NCBI GenBank assembly: GCA_964016885.1
Contig: OZ024761.1
Location: forward strand, 21,142,001 to 21,206,000
Length of the DNA stretch: 64,000 bases
Origin: Eledone cirrhosa
Lineage: Eukaryota
Direction of reading: 5' to 3'
Both the position numbers and the translations under genes were made by a program. How positions within the stretch are numbered: position 1 is the stretch's first letter; each line of letters opens with the position of its first letter. Positions 29,521-64,000 of this stretch are shown in pieces. Below the pieces are notes generated by a model, which had not been told where the DNA came from, searched no databases, and saw only the letters and a list, made by a program, of their open reading frames with translations.

Positions 29521-30996
29521 GTAAATAAATATATATATATATATATACATAAATATATACACATATATATATATACACACATATATATATATATACACAC
29601 ACACATATGTATATATATATATATATACACACACATATGTATATATATACATACATTCACATATATGCATACATTCATACACGTGTATATTTATATACAT
29701 ACATGCATACATACACATGCATATATATACATACATACATATATATATTTACTTAAATGTTATATACAAACACATTTCCCCAAAAGCTTTCAACACATTG
29801 AAGATTTTCTGGATGAAGACACAAAACAAACCCAAACAAACCCCAAAACAAAGGAACCCAACCAAAACCACTGGAAATTCCATCAAGTTCTGTTTGTATT
29901 TTCTGTTGAAAGATTTTCTATAAATAAATATATTTTGGAACGTGTCTGTCCCTAAATGGAGTTATTTTTTTTGTCTCCTTTATCTGTTTTTTTTTTTTTT
30001 TTTTTTTTCCTCATTATTGAGCTGGTGTCTGGAACGTAACTTAACGAAGGTTCTTATGTAAAATTATGATGGAAGGTTTTTTTTTTGTTTTTTGGGGGTT
30101 TTTTTTTGTAAAATATAAATATAAAACACTTTAAAACAAGATCTTGCAAAATAGAAATATATACACACACACACACACATATTTATATACATATATATAT
30201 GCATGTGTGTATATACATATATGTGTGTGTGTATACATATATGTGTGTGTGTATATATACACACACACATATATATATATATATACATATACATGTGTGT
30301 GTGTGTGTGTATACATATATGTGTGTGTATATACACACACACACATATAATATATATATATATGGGTGTGTGTATATATATATATATCATCATCATCATC
30401 ACCGTTTTACGTCCGTTCTTCCACGCTAGCATGGGTTAGACCGGTTGTCCTGTTGTGGGCAGTGCCCAGTCGGCTGACCTTGTCTTGCTCATACAGGAAC
30501 TGATTCTGACTTGATTTCTACAGCTGGATGCCCTTCCTCACACCAACCTCATTTACAGTGAGTGCTGGGTGCTTTTTTACCGTGACCCCTCCCCTCCCAC
30601 TGCAAAGTGGGAGGGGAGGGGGGCATATTGTCTTTATGCTTCAGCGTTGGCTTGGTCCATATATATATACTAAAGGAGGTGTGGTAAGGAACCAGGTGGA
30701 CCATAACGCACCAAAGTACTCGATACTTAGGGTAGTAGAGTGGGTAATAGGAAAGGAGTCAGGACCCCAACGGCTGAGCTCTGACCTTTTCGATAGCTAG
30801 ATCCCATCTAGCTGTCAAATTGGCCGGAGCTCAGCCATTGGGGTCCTGACTCTTTTCCTATATATATAATCAATGAGTTATTTAATTTGTTGATTATTCA
30901 ACAAATTTAGTTTATAACAGATTAGAAGCACTCAACAGAATTTTTCTTCTGGAGTATAATATAAATAAATGAAAGCTATCTTTATAAAACAATATT

Positions 30997-31057
30997 TATT
31001 TTATTATATATATTTCAAGTGTAAGAAAATTTTGGTACGCTCTCATCAGATAAAATA
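30997..31057 (-). ncRNA. Type I hammerhead ribozyme motif, sense to EFCAB5, about 360 nt past the stop
   Basis: Minus strand: tattttat-CTGATGA-gagcgta...tacactt-GAAA-tatata-TA-ataaaata. Confidence 0.7.
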
Positions 31058-31183
31058 CAAAAGTTGGTTTACAGATAGTGACATATCCAAAAACAAGAAC
31101 TTATTGTTTTAAGTTCTATTTGAATAGAACTCACAACATTAAGTTCTTGTCTGAATATGTCACTATCTGTAAACCAACTTTTG

Positions 31184-31244
31184 TATTTTATCTGATGAGA
31201 GCATACCAAAATTTTGTTACCCTTGAAATATATATAATAAAATA
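31184..31244 (+). ncRNA. Type I hammerhead ribozyme motif (other arm of palindrome)
   Basis: tattttat-CTGATGA-gagcata...taccctt-GAAA-tatata-TA-ataaaata; weaker stem II. Confidence 0.62.
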
Positions 31245-31418
31245 AATATGGTTTTATAAAGATAGCTTCCATTTATTTATATTGTTGATATATATTAAAT
31301 TCATTGGAATTTTATTTTTATTATTATTTTTTATTTTTCCCTTAAACTGAGGAAATAAGTTTATAAAAACGAAACTTTAAACTTTAGTTAGATTCTTTGT
31401 CTTTTGGTGTCACTGCGG

Positions 31419-63559
<32,141 letters not shown>

Positions 63560-64000
63560 TATCAAGAAAAATAACCTCACTCCGCTGTTTTAGTTTGTTA
63601 ATATATTAAAATCTAAAAAAAAAAAAGAGACAAACTGAATTTAGTCACATAATGTAATAAATCTTTTGGACGTAGCAACTGTTTATATATATATATATAT
63701 ATCATCATCATCGTTTAACGCCCATCTTCGATGCTAGCATGGGTTTAGACGGGAATTGTACCACTTGAGGCAAGATTGGTTGGGTGACCGTGTTTCGCTC
63801 GTACAGAACTGTTTCTGACAGGTTTTCTACAGCTTGATGCCCTTCCTAATACCAACCACATTTACAGTGTGGACTGGGAGGCTTTTGTCATGTCACCTAC
63901 ACAACCACTTTACAGTGGACATAAATGGGAGGATGGGTATATATATATATATATATATTTATTCAATTGAAGAAAGTTGGTTGATTGAAAATCTGCCGAC

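Larger units (their letters stand above)
30870..31283. mobile_element. Hammerhead-bearing palindromic element (family A)
   Basis: Inverted repeat 30958-31103/31140-31283 with few mismatches, plus the family tail at 30870-30957. Confidence 0.65.

Overview
Eukaryotic, AT-rich, extremely microsatellite-rich genomic DNA. The repeat families look like those of an octopod cephalopod (inference). Nearly all long ORFs in the supplied track are artefacts of (TA)n, (CA)n and (CAC)n repeats. Two real spliced genes converge tail-to-tail. (1) The last six coding exons of a RIMS-binding protein gene (RIMBP2/RBP-like, SH3 domains 2 and 3) lie on + at 3303-9404. (2) An apparently complete 20-coding-exon EFCAB5-like gene lies on - at 63559-31419; all introns are GT-AG, phases chain correctly, and the CDS is 4332 nt, about 1443 aa. 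Introns and the 22-kb intergenic gap hold tRNA-derived SINEs, RTE and CR1 LINE ends, MITEs, Penelope-like remnants and many minisatellites. The most interesting signals are: at least eight type-I hammerhead-ribozyme motifs, two pairs of them in long fold-back palindromes, one just downstream of the EFCAB5 stop; an EFCAB5 last intron made of about 26 tandem copies of its own 3' splice site; several minisatellites that are tandem amplifications of transposon ends found elsewhere in the window; a candidate internal first exon for a short EFCAB5 isoform; and a decayed duplicate of the RIMBP C-terminus. All coordinates and copy numbers were read by eye; no database searches were run.
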